Assembly: GCA_043228905.1 (NCBI GenBank)
Contig: JBHGNT010000015.1
Span: 15,562,001 to 15,626,000, forward strand
Length of the DNA stretch: 64,000 nt
DNA from: Azolla caroliniana
Taxonomy: Eukaryota > Plantae > Polypodiophyta
Direction of reading: 5' to 3'
Position numbers and translations under genes: made by a program. Positions within the stretch are counted from its first letter, which is position 1. Each line of letters starts with the position of its first letter. Positions 62,412 to 64,000 of the stretch are shown here, in pieces. Under the pieces are notes generated by a model. It was not told where the DNA came from, searched no databases, and saw only the letters and a program-made list of their open reading frames with translations.

Positions 62412-63402
62412 TGTTGAGAGATCAAGCTCAACTTAGTTTAGTTAGTTAGTCAACCATGTAACTTCGTAGTTACCTAGATAGAATCTAGTTAGAAGTGTTG
62501 ACTAGGACCTTGTACTTGAGTGGGATATTCTAGATCCTCCACTCCCAAGTACATTTAATATAGGACTTACACCTTTGTACCTACATTCTCCTCACACATG
62601 TGCACCCTTGCACATGAGATCTATATATACCTCATTGTGGGTATTTTTGTATTTGATGATGATAATGCTAATTTAATATACTTACTCATCCCCCATCTTG
62701 TGTTATTCGTAAGTGTATCTTCCTCTCTCTCTCTCTTCCTCTCACACACATACACACATATCACTTAATCTTCCTCTTATCAACTAATCACATAATTAGG
62801 TACTAATTAACCCTTGCTTAATTACTCACCTTATTCTTAACACTTTGTCTCCTCTCTAGTGTTTGATATAATATTTCTTTGAGTCTTTCCCTTAGCAAAC
62901 TAGGGAGTCTTGTAATCTTGAGTTGTATACTCTTGACTCATAGTGGAAATTTTATTGCTCCATGATTTTCCCTAGTTTTAGGGTTTCCATGTAAATTGTG
63001 TGTATTTTGATTTCTATTTGTCTCAGAACAATTTTCTGTTTATCTCTAATTGTAAACATATCAAACTGGTATTAGAGCATTAGGTTCTAGATGAAAGGAA
63101 GTGTGAGTGGTTTTCCAGGAAGGATAGTCCTAAAATCTCACAACTATTCTAACGAGAAGATCAAGATGGAGGATCTTCTAATAGTTAGGGATCTATATGA
63201 GCTGATAGATAGGAAGGTTGTGGCAACCATCAGGCAATGGGGGTAATAGAGTCTGAGTGGAAAACCCTAAATAGAAAGGTTGGGGCAACCATTAGACAAT
63301 GTGTAGACGTGAGCTCCTTCAACATGTAGCGAATGATACAAATGCCCACGACTTGTGGCATAAGCTCTCTGGCTTGTATGAAAGGGAAAATGCTCTAAAC
63401 AA
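62412..63402 (+). mobile_element. Ty1/copia 5' LTR (62412-63063), PBS and gag start, interrupted by a LINE
   Basis: TG...CA, PBS TGGTATTAGAGC at 63067-63078, gag from 63091: NYSNEKIKMEDLLIVRDLY...EWKTLNRKVGATIRQCV...LWHKLSGLYE. Confidence 0.75.
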
Positions 63403-64000
63403 TTATTAGAATTATAATTAGAATTTTTATCATCCATAAAGAGACGAATTTTGACCTATGGGACCAGAGTATACATGTGTTCTTGATATGTGTCTCCTTC
63501 CTAAGAAGGTGTATTCATACATTGAAGCACAAAGTTTCTATGTGTGAATAAAGCATACACATATGAGCTCAACCGTCTCGATGGTGTCTTAAGTATGACA
63601 CTTAAGTTATCACTCCCTCTTAGTATGTCAGCATATCTTGAACGAATTGCACTATATGTCGAGCATGTGAAGAGCAAGTGACAGTCATCCTCTACCATGC
63701 CTTCATTGCATACTTTGCATGTCTTCAAATTAGTTTTCTCAACTATAGGAGCCACACCTTCATGCATATATAGCCTTTGTACATAGTCTAACATCTTTTC
63801 ATTTGTAAAGTGGACTTTCACATCTTCTTTCTTACCCTTGAGTTGTCCCCATGCTAATTTTGGTTTGAGCTTAAACAAGTTTTTTTTTCTTTTTCATCTC
63901 TTGCATTTGGAAATGTCTTCTTTTCTTTCTCCTCACTACTTTCTTATATAGGTGCCATGCAACAATATTTTCATTTTCTTCCTCGATGGACTTAAACCAT
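63403..64000 (-). mobile_element. RTE-X-like LINE 3' end with apparent internal loss of RT; continues past the window
   Basis: CKVCNEGMVEDDCHLLFTCSTYSAIRSRY C-terminal zinc motif; 3' UTR TGGTCCCATAGGTCA (63452-63466, minus); AT-rich tail. Confidence 0.8.

Overview
Eukaryotic, repeat-dense land-plant genomic DNA; a non-angiosperm/seed-free lineage is my inference. About three quarters of the window is retroelement-derived. Two intact, intronless host genes are visible: a 669-aa plant-specific RPIAPKP-motif protein whose C-terminus looks PAS-like (15192-17201) and a RING-H2 E3 ligase (54273-54821). The retroelements are: (1) a two-ORF APE LINE cut by a 214-bp LTR-end palindrome; (2) a minus-strand non-chromovirus Ty3/gypsy element with a long extra coiled-coil ORF downstream of pol, truncated by an 810-bp variant hexamer microsatellite; (3) two related, TSD-flanked Ty1/copia elements in opposite orientation, both nested in an older copia and both carrying an apparently coding extension beyond RNase H; (4) a third copia with a 5' deletion, several solo LTRs and further LINE remnants. 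Copies of cellular sequences are also present: a 1.6-kb LSU rRNA pseudogene fused to a LINE 3' end, an OSTC retrocopy and a Ca2+-ATPase fragment. One 100-N gap is flanked by a duplicated contig overlap. No CRISPR or prokaryotic-type system is evident. All family calls come from motif recognition by eye, without database searches.
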